Positions 52,201 through 64,000 of a DNA stretch of 64,000 nt are shown here, one piece after another. This DNA comes from Rhynchobatus australiae (taxonomy: Eukaryota). Location: positions 5,547,956 to 5,611,955 of the forward strand of contig JAUZTB010000057.1 in NCBI GenBank assembly GCA_034780895.1. The letters are read 5' to 3'. Both the position numbers and the translations under genes were made by a program. A model generated the notes under the pieces. It saw only the letters and a program-made list of their open reading frames with translations, was not told the origin of the DNA and did not search any database. Numbering within the stretch: the first letter of the stretch is position 1; each line of letters opens with the position of its first letter.

Positions 52201-53509
52201 TAAATATCTGTGCTCCAGATGTTCCTGAAACAGCATGTGTTACATGGGAAAATTTAGGAACACGAGTAGTTATCTGCTTTAGGCTCAGGTCCACAGTGCA
52301 GTCTTGAAACATGCATTAATAACTTGAAATACATTCCTTCGGAGATTGATAACATGATACCTGTGCTGGTTCAGGTGCCATTGTCTGGAGAAGCAGATGT
52401 TTTAGATCATTTTTAGATTTTACACTTTATGCCTTCACTAGCTGAGTGCATCTCCTGGTGGCTAATAAAGTGAACAGCAGTTGTAAAGGTTTTTGGACTT
52501 GGTACAAAACAAAAAGTAAACAGTACAAACTTAAACATGTGNNNNNNNNNNNNNNNNNNNNNNNNNNNNNNNNNNNNNNNNNNNNNNNNNNNNNNNNNNN
52601 NNNNNNNNNNNNNNNNNNNNNNNNNNNNNNNNNNNNNNNNNNNNNNNNNNNNNNNNNNNNNNNNNNNNNNNNNNNNNNNNNNNNNNNNNNNNNNNNNNNN
52701 NNNNNNNNNNNNNNNNNNNNNNNNNNNNNNNNNNNNNNNNNNNNNNNNNNNNNNNNNNNNNNNNNNNNNNNNNNNNNNNNNNNNNNNNNNNNNNNNNNNN
52801 NNNNNNNNNNNNNNNNNNNNNNNNNNNNNNNNNNNNNNNNNNNNNNNNNNNNNNNNNNNNNNNNNNNNNNNNNNNNNNNNNNNNNNNNNNNNNNNNNNNN
52901 NNNNNNNNNNNNNNNNNNNNNNNNNNNNNNNNNNNNNNNNNNNNNNNNNNNNNNNNNNNNNNNNNNNNNNNNNNNNNNNNNNNNNNNNNNNNNNNNNNNN
53001 NNNNNNNNNNNNNNNNNNNNNNNNNNNNNNNNNNNNNNNNNNNNNNNNNNNNNNNNNNNNNNNNNNNNNNNNNNNNNNNNNNNNNNNNNNNNNNNNNNNN
53101 NNNNNNNNNNNNNNNNNNNNNNNNNNNNNNNNNNNNNNNNNNNNNNNNNNNNNNNNNNNNNNNNNNNNNNNNNNATAACAGAACTGGTTTGCTTATGCAA
53201 AAGCTCTTAGTTAAGTACTATGTTAACACTTACTGCCTTGGCTGCTAAAGGAACGGTCAATTGAGAAAAGTATTGGAAGGCTGCCAGTGCTGATCAAAAT
53301 ATACCATAGCACAGTCCCTGCCTTTGAGGGAGCAGCAAGAAAACTGGGGTAGGGGAGAAAGTTGCTAATACTGACTGATTTACTCATATTTACTCTGTTT
53401 TGATCACACCCTGTTCACATCAATGAAAATGTTCAAATTATTAAACTTTTGGGTCTTTTCCATTCTTTTCTCTAGATATTTTTGAATATTCCATCTTTGA
53501 CCTTAACTC

Positions 53510-53900
53510 AACAGCAGCCCTGTTATCTAAGCCAGCAGATTTGGGGTTCAAACTCTACTCCAGACATGCAACCTAAATTCCAGGCTGACATTCCACAGTG
53601 CTGAGGCTGTGCCGTGTTGCGTTGTCACAGATGGCAGCTTTCTAATGAGACATTAAACCAAGAACGCCTCTCTCTTCCAAAAGATCACATGACGCTTGAC
53701 TGTGAAAAGGGCAATTGTGTCCAAGGCCTGAAATAGCCTTAATATTTCAACTAACATTACCAACAAAAAGCAACTTATTTGAATATTTATTGCAGCAATG
53801 TTTATGGGACCCTGCCACAAATAAATTGGCTAACTTGTGTCCCTGCAATAGCCCAAATTTTGTGGTTAACAGTGAGACTATTAGTGCTCACAATTACTAA
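53510..53900 (+). mobile_element. Deu-domain SINE (SacSINE1/AmnSINE-like); related inverted remnants at about 2010-2340 and 49240-49440
   Basis: B box-like GGTTCAAACTC, then CCAGGCTGACA.TCCA..GTGCTGAGG..GTGC..TGTC..AGATG..TTTCT.ATGAGACATTAAACCAAG, recognised as the Deu core. Confidence 0.6.
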
Positions 53901-54214
53901 AGAAGAAATTGAACTATAACAGGATGACTTAGGGAAAATGTTGGGGCTTTAGTCATTCCAGTGGCTCGTTTTGCCTTTCTTACTTTCAAACAAATTTTCT
54001 GATCCTGAAAATTAACTTCTACAAATATGAAGTCTGCAATACTTCAGTTATGATTATCAGAAATAGCAAAATAATATCTTTATAACTATCTTTCTCTCTC
54101 AATTTCATTACTTACTTCACATTCTGTACAAGATTTGCCATTACATCTTCCTTCTTTATAGCAGTTACTTAGATGGGCTTGCCTCCACTCCAGTTGAGTC
54201 TGCCGCCAAGGGGG

Positions 54215-55070
54215 GAGCTGTTGACTGCCACAAATTGGGTAGCAGGTGCTTGACAGGACAGGGGAGTGGGTCATCTGGGAAGTAGTGCACTCCTTCAACT
54301 GATAATTCTGGACTTTTACATGTTCCCAAAGAGACTTGAGGTTCTCAATGCTTCTTCTCTACTTTGACCGACTATATCATTTCTCCTGACCAGCTGGTAA
54401 CCTCTTGCAATAACAGAGTTCAGAGTAGAGTGTCTGCTTTGGGGGGGTCTGATGCTGGACTATGTGCATGATATGACCTATCCATTGTAGCTGAATGGGT
54501 GATAACAGGGCTTTAACACTGGTGCTATTAGCCTGGGAGACAACACTGACGTTGGCTTGCTTAACTTTCCAGTGCATTTAAGAGGATGTTGGAGATGGTA
54601 ACCCTCCATTGCTTTGAGATGCCTGCTGTAGGTTGTCCATAGCACAGAAGCTTACAGGATCGATTGTACCCAGTAGATCATGAGTTTTGTGGTGAGTTTG
54701 AGTTCTAGATACTTAAACAGTCAAAGACTGTGCTGGCACACCTATGGCAATGGTGAATTGCTGTATCATTGAATGCCTTCATTGAGATGCAGCTTCAGTA
54801 AGTGATCCGTGCTTCCTAGGATCTCATTATAGATCTCTATTGTTGGAGTGCATTGTTGTGGAACCAGAACAGGATGATAGTAGCCCTTGGTTTTGCAGAT
54901 ACCAAGTGTAAGGACCATTCTCCCATATACATCAGTGAATGAACTGATGACGACTTGGAGCTAGGCCCCCGATTGTGCAAATATGGAAGTGTCAATGGTG
55001 TACTGCAGCTTTAAGAACAAGGATGGAGTAACCTTGGTGCCAGAGTGAAGGTGATGTGTATTGAACGGTT
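54215..55070 (-). mobile_element. RTE-clade LINE remnant
   Basis: ORF 54377-54577 QLQWIGHIMHI...PKQTLYSELCYCKR resembles the RTE motif QLRW.GHV.RM...PKQ.LY.EL..GKR. Confidence 0.7.
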
Positions 55071-56959
55071 AAATACTCTCGCCTAAAGTTTCTCATTCAG
55101 ATTCTGTACATCTCAAGAGGAATTTTGAGTTTTAATGGCGATGCATGTTTGCTTGCCCCAGATCATTTAGACAGGGGACAGCACTGAAATGGATTTCTAA
55201 TCACTGTAAATTCTAGTGCTAAAGCTCAAAGAAAACAAGTAGCATGGTTCATTCCCCACTGAGCACAAACTTCAGGCCATTATAACAGAAATTGCACTTA
55301 AAACATACTTCAATTGTCATACAGCACTGGGGATTATGCAAAAATTGTAAAAGGCAATGTAGAAATGCAAGTCTGTTCCTTTGTATTTCTTAATTCACTG
55401 ACTAAGCCTTTAAAGATTCCCTTCAATCTTCCTNNNNNNNNNNNNNNNNNNNNNNNNNNNNNNNNNNNNNNNNNNNNNNNNNNNNNNNNNNNNNNNNNNN
55501 NNNNNNNNNNNNNNNNNNNNNNNNNNNNNNNNNNNNNNNNNNNNNNNNNNNNNNNNNNNNNNNNNNNNNNNNNNNNNNNNNNNNNNNNNNNNNNNNNNNN
55601 NNNNNNNNNNNNNNNNNNNNNNNNNNNNNNNNNNNNNNNNNNNNNNNNNNNNNNNNNNNNNNNNNNNNNNNNNNNNNNNNNNNNNNNNNNNNNNNNNNNN
55701 NNNNNNNNNNNNNNNNNNNNNNNNNNNNNNNNNNNNNNNNNNNNNNNNNNNNNNNNNNNNNNNNNNNNNNNNNNNNNNNNNNNNNNNNNNNNNNNNNNNN
55801 NNNNNNNNNNNNNNNNNNNNNNNNNNNNNNNNNNNNNNNNNNNNNNNNNNNNNNNNNNNNNNNNNNNNNNNNNNNNNNNNNNNNNNNNNNNNNNNNNNNN
55901 NNNNNNNNNNNNNNNNNNNNNNNNNNNNNNNNNNNNNNNNNNNNNNNNNNNNNNNNNNNNNNNNNNNNNNNNNNNNNNNNNNNNNNNNNNNNNNNNNNNN
56001 NNNNNNNNNNNNNNNNNNNNNNNNNNNNNNNNNNNNNNNNNNNNNNNNNNNNNNNNNNNNNNNNNNNNNNNNNNNNNNNNNNNNNNNNNNNNNNNNNNNN
56101 NNNNNNNNNNNNNNNNNNNNNNNNNNNNNNNNNNNNNNNNNNNNNNNNNNNNNNNNNNNNNNNNNNNNNNNNNNNNNNNNNNNNNNNNNNNNNNNNNNNN
56201 NNNNNNNNNNNNNNNNNNNNNNNNNNNNNNNNNNNNNNNNNNNNNNNNNNNNNNNNNNNNNNNNNNNNNNNNNNNNNNNNNNNNNNNNNNNNNNNNNNNN
56301 NNNNNNNNNNNNNNNNNNNNNNNNNNNNNNNNNNNNNNNNNNNNNNNNNNNNNNNNNNNNNNNNNNNNNNNNNNNNNNNNNNNNNNNNNNNNNNNNNNNN
56401 NNNNNNNNNNNNNNNNNNTATACAAATCCTCTCTTCCTCGAACACAAAGCTCTTTGGTGTCATCACTAAAGGCTCTGATTTCAGTTGTTTAGGACCAACA
56501 TCCTGGATTTCCATCCCCAAGTTCCTCCACCAATCCACCACCAGATGCTATTATAAAACCATCCAATAAAACTCAAGTTTTGGTCATCCCTTCTAATGTC
56601 TCCATTAGCTGGTGTCCTCTCTCTGGATTACTCTTAGATGGTACGCCTTAGATGTTTTCTATATTAAAGGTTGCTATACAAGACGTTGCTGAATAAAACT
56701 CCCGTATTGAGTTGTATTAGCTGCCAAAAAAGCAAAAATTAGGAGCAATCAATAGAAAATCAGATTGAGTTTAAAGAAAAGATGTAGTATTTGTCAGTTC
56801 AATATTATGACAATTCCTAGACCCATGCGAATGCCACCAAATAGAAGCATTAAAAGACCACCCCATCTGACAGATTATGAAATGTTGAACANNNNNNNNN
56901 NCCATGAGTAAAGGTCTCAATTCTTGATTGGTTATGTCTTGGTATTTTTTGATAAGTAG

Positions 56960-58045
56960 CCTGACTGATGGCCAGCAAAAACTCCTGGAGGGGAAGAAGC
57001 TGTTCCTAAAACGTTGAGCGAGAGTCTTCAGGCTCCTGTACTCGATGGTAGTGTTGAGAAGAGGGCATATCCCAATGGTGAGAGTCCTTAACGATGGATG
57101 GTGCCTTCTTGAGGCACTGCCTCTTGAAGATGTCCTTGATGGTGAGGAGGGTTGTGCCTGTGATGGAGCTGGCTGAGTTTACAACCCTCTGCAGCCTCTT
57201 ATGATCCTGCACATTGAAGCCTCCGTACCAGGCGGTGATGCAACCAGTCAGAATGCTCTCCATTGTACATCTGCAGGAATATGCAAGAGTCTATGGTAAC
57301 ATACTAAATCTCCTCAAATTTCCAATGAAGTAGAGCTGCTGGTGTGCCTTCTTCATGATTGCATCAATGTGTTGGGCCCAGGATAGATCCCCTGAGATGT
57401 TGACGCCCAGGAACTGCTCACCCTTTCCACCGCTGACCCCTCAATGAGGACTGGTGTGTGTTCTCCCGACTTCCCCTTCCTTAAGTTCATAATCAATTCC
57501 TTGGTCTTACTTACGTTGAGTGTGAGGTTGTTGTTGCGACACCACTCAACCAACTGATCTGTCTAACCCCTGTACGCCTCTTCATCGCCATCTGAGATTC
57601 TGCCAACAACCGTGGTATCATCAACCAATTTATAGATGGAGACTGAGCTGTGCCTAGCCGCACAGTCTTGAGTGTAGAGTAGAGCAGAGCAGCGGGCTAA
57701 GCATGCATCCTTGAGATGCGTGTGTGTTGATTGTCAGCAAGGAGGAGATGTTATTATCAATCAGCAGTGACTGTGGTCCCTCGATAAGGAAGTCGAAGAT
57801 CCAGTTGCAGAGGGAGGTACAGAGGCCCAGGTTTTGAAGCTTGTTGATTAGTGCTGATGGGACAATGGTGTGGAACACTGAGCTGTAATCGATAAACAGC
57901 AGCCTAATGTATGTATTGCTGCAGTCTAGGTGCTCCAAAATCGAGTGAAGAGCTGGTGAGATTGTGTCTGCTGTAGACCTGTTGCGGCTGTAGGCAAATT
58001 GCAGTGGGTCCAGGTCCTTGCTCAGGTAGTAGTTAATTTTAGCCA
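56960..58045 (-). mobile_element. Rex1/Babar-type LINE RT region, about 1.1 kb
   Basis: LDPLQFAYSRNRST, YIRLLFIDYSSVFHTI, QGCMLSPLL, WCRNNNLTLNVSKTKELI, ESILTGCITAWYG. Frameshifted. Confidence 0.9.
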
Positions 58046-60274
58046 TTAATTTGATTAAATTAAGCCATTAAAGGGGTTCATTCTAGTCATATTTACTAAA
58101 GTGGGCAATTTTAAGGATGCAAACAAGTTGCATTCTTATAACTGTGACTTCTTTAATTGAAGCTGCCAAGGCACTGAGAATCCGTCCCTTTAAAGTTGAT
58201 GAGCTCTTCTTTCATATACCACTGTACAAGGGAATGGCTGCATCTAAGTAAATATTCTGCAGTATCTAATCCTGTGTAATCGCTACCCTCATGATATTAC
58301 AGGCCATCAGAGCAAATTTCCCAGCATTTATGAAAACAATACCTGTTATTCCAATATGAAACGTGTCATTTTAAAAGAATCCCCTGCTAGTAAGTGCACT
58401 TATTTTCATTATGTGGCAATGAATTAACATAAAGCAATAGTCTGAGGAATCATCACCACACAGCAGGTTCATACTGTTCAGCGAGAATGTGCACTGATTA
58501 CTTTGCTAAACATACAGATCCTAATGAAGAACACAACCTTCTAAAAGAATGAAGTGCACTACTTGCCTTGTACTTACTTGAAATTTACCTGATATCTTGT
58601 CATACAGGGCAAGAGACTGCAGTTTGTGGATTATGTAACACAGAAAATGGACAGGTATTATATCTATTTTTCATTGTGATCTGGAATCAAGTACTTACAC
58701 ATAAAAACTGCCAAATGCAGAAGTGATTTTTTAGTGCTAAATACATTTTAATGATGATGTTTTAAAAAAGGAAGGTTCCGTGTAAAAATACCACAATTTA
58801 CTGCAAGACAAAGTGCATTTACCTGAATATTTCATCATAAATATAGCAGCAGTGTTAGGAGCTGTATGATCAATACTTCATTCTCACTTTAATACTAAGT
58901 TCATTGTTACTTTTAAATTTTGCTGTCTGCCTCACTCCAACAGCACCTTCAAAACTTTTAACTTCTAACACCAAGGACAAGTGCAGATGGGGCACAGGAA
59001 CACTATCACAGGTTCCCCTCCAAGTCACACATCATCTCAATTTGAAAACATTGCTGGTCCTTCACTGCTGCTGCACCTAAACCCTGAAATTCCTTACTCT
59101 ACAGCACTGTGGGAGTACCTTCAACAGAAAGAAACGCCCCAATCCAAGGAGATGGTTTGCCTCCACTTTCTCAAAGGTGAAAAGCTGGCCAGAGATGCCC
59201 AGTATCCGCCTAGCATTTCAGTTTTTCAGTTCCAGGCATCTTTGCAATGACGATGCACCTCAGGGTAGAAGGTTTGGGTGGAGGGGGAGAAGGCCAGAAG
59301 CACCACTGCTCTCTTCTTTAATTTCTGCTTTACCCTCATGCCATCAAGCTTCTTTTGAGAAAGAGATGCACATTCTTTGCCCATCCAGACTACATCTTCA
59401 ACGTCCTGGGTGCCCCAGTATCGAAGAGTCACAGAGCAGGGAAATTGGCCAGTTGGCCCACCACAACCATGTCAACCTGTGGGCACCCATCCGAATTAAT
59501 CCTATTTTCCAGCACTTGATTCATAGCTTTCTATGCCTAAGTGATTCAAATGCTCATATAGACATTTATCAAGTGGTCTCAGTGACCCTCCTTCCACCAC
59601 TCTCTGGCAGTGTATTTCAGGAACTCACCTCTGAGTGAAAAAGGACTCCTTAGATCTCCTTTCTCTTACCCCTTCTCTATGTCCTCTAGGGTAGAATTAG
59701 CTTTCTCTGTATTACATTAAACCATGGAAGTAGGTCTAGGTCTCCAAAAAGGGAAAATAATCAATGCCTCAAGACTCAGTGTCCGCTTTCCTCATCAACT
59801 CATTATTTTAGGACTTCAGAACAACTCTGTTTCAACCTCTGCAGACTGTTATACGTCCATACATTTCCTAAAATGCTTTCAGTTTGTCCATAGCATTTTT
59901 TTTATTTTTTTCAATCTTGTTGATTTCATACATCAGTCATTGATCTTTCACCAAAGATTCTTAATAAAATTGTGTTTCTTAAGATATTTTGAATGGAGCA
60001 ACAAATAGTTTAAGGATATTTTATGCATCCAAATGAATTTCAGCAAACTAATTTTGACAGACAACAAATCAGTGAGTATACCGAAATTGAAGTTTAAGAG
60101 AAACATATACGCCTTTAATTTTTGTCAATAAACATTTTTGATATTCTTGCAATTAATTCTTTAGTGGCAAAACTGAGAATATCTAGTAAAGTAAAATTGA
60201 CTAAAACTGATACAAGGTGAGGTTCTCACCTGCTGTGCAGTTTACGTCTTAATGAAAATAAACACACAATGTAT

Positions 60275-60865
60275 AAGACAAAATTAGAGGAACAGCACCT
60301 CATATTCCATCCGGGCAGTCTCCAACCTGGTGGCATGAACGTCAAATCCTCAAACTTCCAGTAACATCTCCCCCTTTGTCCCTTTTTTCCCCTTCTTTCT
60401 TTTCTCTCTTCTGATTCAACTGGCCCCTATTGCCCTCTCTCTTTCCCCTCCCCCACCATCTCTGCCCATCACCCACACACTCCACCCACTGGTTCCTCAC
60501 TCCACCTCCTCCTTATATTCCATGGTCCAGTGGCCTCTCCGACCAGATTCCATCATCTTCAGCCCTTTGTCACTTCCACCTATCACCTCCCAACATCTGA
60601 CATCATTCCCACTCTCCCCCCCACCCTCATCTGCCTATCACCCCCACACACAGTGATCCACCTATCACCCGCCAGCTACTGCTCCTCCCCTTTGCTCCAC
60701 CTTTTTATACCGGCTATCTCCCCTCTTTATTTCAGTCCAGACAAAGGGTGTGGACCCAAAACATCAACTGTCCATTTCCCTCCATAGGTACTGCCTGACC
60801 TGCTGAGTTCCTCCAGCGCTTGGTGCGTTACTCCAGATTCCAGCATCTGCAGTCTTTTGTATCTA
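60275..60865 (+). mobile_element. Penelope-like element 3' end: endonuclease C-terminus, C/T-rich spacer and pLTR with decayed hammerhead (60733-60770)
   Basis: KLEEQHLIFHPGSLQPGGMNVKSSNFQ*, then CAGTCCAGACAAAGGGTGTGGACCCAAAACATCAACTG and the shared tail. Confidence 0.8.
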
Positions 60866-60937
60866 CACAGTATAAATTTTCCACATTGTAGCAAGGATTT
60901 ACAAGCAATTATTGTGGAAACTAAATATTGTACAAAC

Positions 60938-61044
60938 CATTTCACAATGCAGCTCCAAGTTCAGATCCCCTTTGTTTGTGTGAAGTCGGACATAGCCCTT
61001 CTTTTTGACGTAGCGGTAACGGACCTGGTCATCATCAAATGCCG
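60938..61044 (-). CDS. PPIL2: PPIL2 coding exon (107 bp), start of cyclophilin domain: (A)AFDDDQVRYRYVKKKGYVRLHTNKGDLNLELHCEM
   Basis: Manual minus-strand translation matches the PPIL2 segment VKKKGYVRLHTNKGDLNLELHC. Acceptor ttcacAG (plus ctgtga 61045-61050), donor GTttgta (plus tacaaac 60931-60937). Ends in phase 0, matching the next exon. Not in the ORF track. Confidence 0.96.
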
Positions 61045-62289
61045 CTGTGAAGGAAAGTTGAGAGTAAAGTTTAACTCTTCAACAATTTCACACTAAGGGG
61101 AATAGGAGCTAAATAAAAGGCAAGAAATTAGCAAGATGAAGAACCTATTAAGAAAGCAAATTGGGAAATCATTTTGATACAGTTTGACTTTTTGCTCAAA
61201 AGTATGGTGGCAGCAACTTCTGGTCATTTTGATTCCCTTCTAATCAAATAATCATATCATGAATTTTCAGTGTCAGGTAGTTGGTCAGAGCTCACATCGT
61301 GTGATCATAGCATTTAATTTGGGCACCAATGTAAATTAGAGTTCACATGCGGTGGGATTAAGTAAACAACACAGATCATTGATTGGACAGTTTGGATCTT
61401 AAGATCTAGACTCACTTAAAAGAATGTAACGTCTTTTTTCAATCAAGACCTACCAAAGGCTATAGGGAACAGTTGTAGTGGTATTGGGTGGAATGACAAT
61501 TTTAATGATTCTCTAAAACTTTGGGCAGGAGTCTGTTCTCTTGCTGTTCTGGGTGTATTTCTAAAGATTACACCAACTATAATAGTCTACCCAAAGGCAG
61601 TTCCACAATGACTTAAACCTTTGTGCCATCTATCAAGGGAATTTATCTACTGACAAGCCCCAATGTAGTGTGATGCTGCATCGGACCATGTCAGAACCAA
61701 AATTCCAGGTTTTTGTCCTACTGTATGTTGAACCTGTTTCCGATTCATATACCTTGTTTTGCCATGAGCTTCCAATGCAATGCCTCCAAAATATTATTGG
61801 ATTAATTCCAGAAAATTAACAAACGTTACATGCTATGAAGAAACAAGCAAATTCGGACACGTCAAAACTTCCTGTCAATGGGGTTATCCTCACATCATTG
61901 CAGATACCTTCTGCAGATTAACTGATAGTAATTAATTGTTGTGGTTGGTTAACAACACCATTTTTGCTTCATTATGTATTTACCAGAATGGTATAAGGCA
62001 ACCATGATTGACTCTTTTTGCAATTAGTAGCAAGGAAAATCTGACCAGAGTGCTTTCTAGCTACATTTTCGCCAACGTTTCATTCAACTTATTTTTCAGG
62101 GAGCAACATGTCACCAAACAACTGAAAAATTAAAAAGCAACCCAGATCTAACTTCCTGTCATTGACGCATGACCTTTCAGAAGGCAAGCTCCACTTAAGC
62201 TTCAATTTATTCTAGCTTGGCAGGTTTCAAAATGACCGATTGAAATATCGGCACATGAAAACGTCATGGTTTGCAGGTCGGGAAGCCAT

Positions 62290-62680
62290 GACACTGGGCT
62301 GGGTGAGGAGGAACTAGGTCTGCTGGTGTGGGAATGGAAATGGTGGTGTGGTCAAGCGAAGAGGAAGGAGACTGAGGAGGGGAGAAAGGGGGACAAAGGG
62401 AAAGCAATCATAAAGGGGCAGGAGAAGGAAGTGAATATGCAGTATAAGTATAGTGAGCAGAGTAGGGGGAAAGGAGGTTGATTAAACGAACGAGAAGGAG
62501 TTAGGAGGAGAGGAGATAGGAAAAGTGCAAGTGAGTTAAGGTGAGGAGGGGAGCTAAGGAAAGAGGGGGCAGATGAAGCAGCAGTAGGCTGGTTTTAATG
62601 TGGCTGTTAAAAGAGGAATCGTAATGACGAGAGAAAAAGAAAAAGCCTCAAAAAGCAGAATGAAAATGAAAAATCAAAAA
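62290..62680. repeat. Purine-rich (GA) low-complexity tract
   Basis: Strong G/A bias on the plus strand with no fixed period. Confidence 0.6.
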
Positions 62681-63029
62681 GGCAATTAAGATTTAGTGAA
62701 ACAATCTATAATATTTCATGGATTCTGAAATCTGTACAAAGTACTTGGTTTTATTTACTAATGAATAAAAAGTGAAGGTGGTACCAAGTTCCCAGTTGAA
62801 CACTGTACAATGTCAATGATAATTTCAGCAAATCAAAATCATGTAGGTTGATCTATTCTTAAACTTCACTCTGATATATATCAGTCTTCTCTTTACCACC
62901 ATTCCTACACTTCACATCACGTACATAAAGAACAACTGTTCAGAGCTAAGTTCGAACAGAAGTAGAACCTCACATTTGTCTCATGTGCAAAGCACAGTTT
63001 CTAAACAAAGCTTTACTGTGAACATCAGA

Positions 63030-63690
63030 AGTTCTAAAAGCAAACAAACTCTGAAAATAGTGCTCTGAAAGTGATGCTGTGATATCCTTCTCTCCTACCT
63101 TTCACACTGTTTGAACGACAATGCCCATAACTACATCTTCGTAACACCCCCAAGGCTCTATCCTTCATCCCCTGTAATCTTTTTCTACCTCTCCTTGTCA
63201 ATATTAAAATTGCATGGAACCATCTTCTATTGTTGCCCCAGAATGATGCAAGGGTGTAAAAGGAATAAATTACAAGGACTTTTTGCATAAACTTGGTTTG
63301 CATTCCTCAAGTTTAGGTTAGGGGTCATGAAACTGAGGTCTTTAAAATATCAAAAAGTTTCAATATAAATGTTACAGAAAAACTACTTTTTGTCCTGGTG
63401 GGAAAATCCTAGAAATAGGGGCATGACACTGAAATGAGAGCCGAGACATTTGGGAATGAAATCAGAAACCTCTTCTGCACACAAACACCTGGAACTCCAC
63501 CAACAAAGATGTTGATCCAGATACGGAGATAATTGGAATTTGCAAGATGGAGACTGATAGATTTTTGTCAGGTAAGGCGATCAAGAGAATGCGATACAAA
63601 GATGGACAAGCTGAAAAGAAGCACAGATCAACCACAATTAAATCACATGCCAGTGGTTGAATAGTCAACTGTTTCAATGCTCCTAGAATT
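63030..63690 (+). mobile_element. Old CR1-type LINE 3' region
   Basis: GAGGTCTTTAAAAT..GGGGCATGACACTGAAAT..AGAAACCTCTTCTGCACACA..TGGAACTC..GAGACTGATAGATTTTTG..AGATCAACCACAAT. Confidence 0.65.
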
Positions 63691-64000
63691 AGACCTGTTA
63701 TCAGAATGCAAATCTAAAATATAACCCATTGCAAGCAACTATCTGCAACTCAGATATTGTTCTGTTTCAGATTTTACCTTCTATTTTCTAACATGTGGAA
63801 TCTTGGCTATTATACAAAAGCATATGAATCTAAATGAAAGAGTCAAAGATAGGTCTTTGAAGCAAAGCCCTCAACGAGGCTTTTATTCATCATGTGTGTA
63901 AATTGACGGGCTGGGGCCTCTATGAACTCTGGATATGAGGTTTCACTTCAAAAAACATCTTTCCTTTTGATGAAACTGACTAGTAGCAATTGGGGTGGAT

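Noticed and set aside
52427-56541. Long ORFs (200-390 aa) in the ORF track
   Set aside because: They are read-through of N gaps (runs of X), not coding sequence. The same applies at about 6100-6500, 11550-12100 and 22000-22280.
1-64000. CRISPR array, operon or other prokaryotic system
   Set aside because: There is no repeat-spacer periodicity and no long ORFs; spliceosomal exon-intron structure and vertebrate retroelements account for the window.

Overview
Vertebrate genomic DNA, AT-rich and repeat-dense with many N gaps. The repeat set (CR1, Rex1/Babar and RTE LINE fragments, V-SINEs, Deu-type SINEs, Penelope-like elements) points to a cartilaginous fish; that assignment is inference. The window lies inside one minus-strand gene, PPIL2 (U-box/cyclophilin spliceosomal protein). 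Five consecutive coding exons of its cyclophilin region can be placed: 60938-61044, 44729-44818, about 39188-39221 (mostly hidden in an N gap), 16616-16733 and 15339-15395, with consistent splice phases. Everything else is intron. The most notable non-genic signal is a family of Penelope-type terminal repeats carrying minimal hammerhead ribozyme motifs, including one intact-core copy (3009-3045) and a 131-bp hammerhead mini-element with a 13-bp target-site duplication (26734-26864). Also present: a 1.6-kb block bounded by two LTR-like repeats that splits a CR1, and a tandem pair of decayed hAT transposase segments. Repeat boundaries are approximate and family names come from motif recognition, not database searches.
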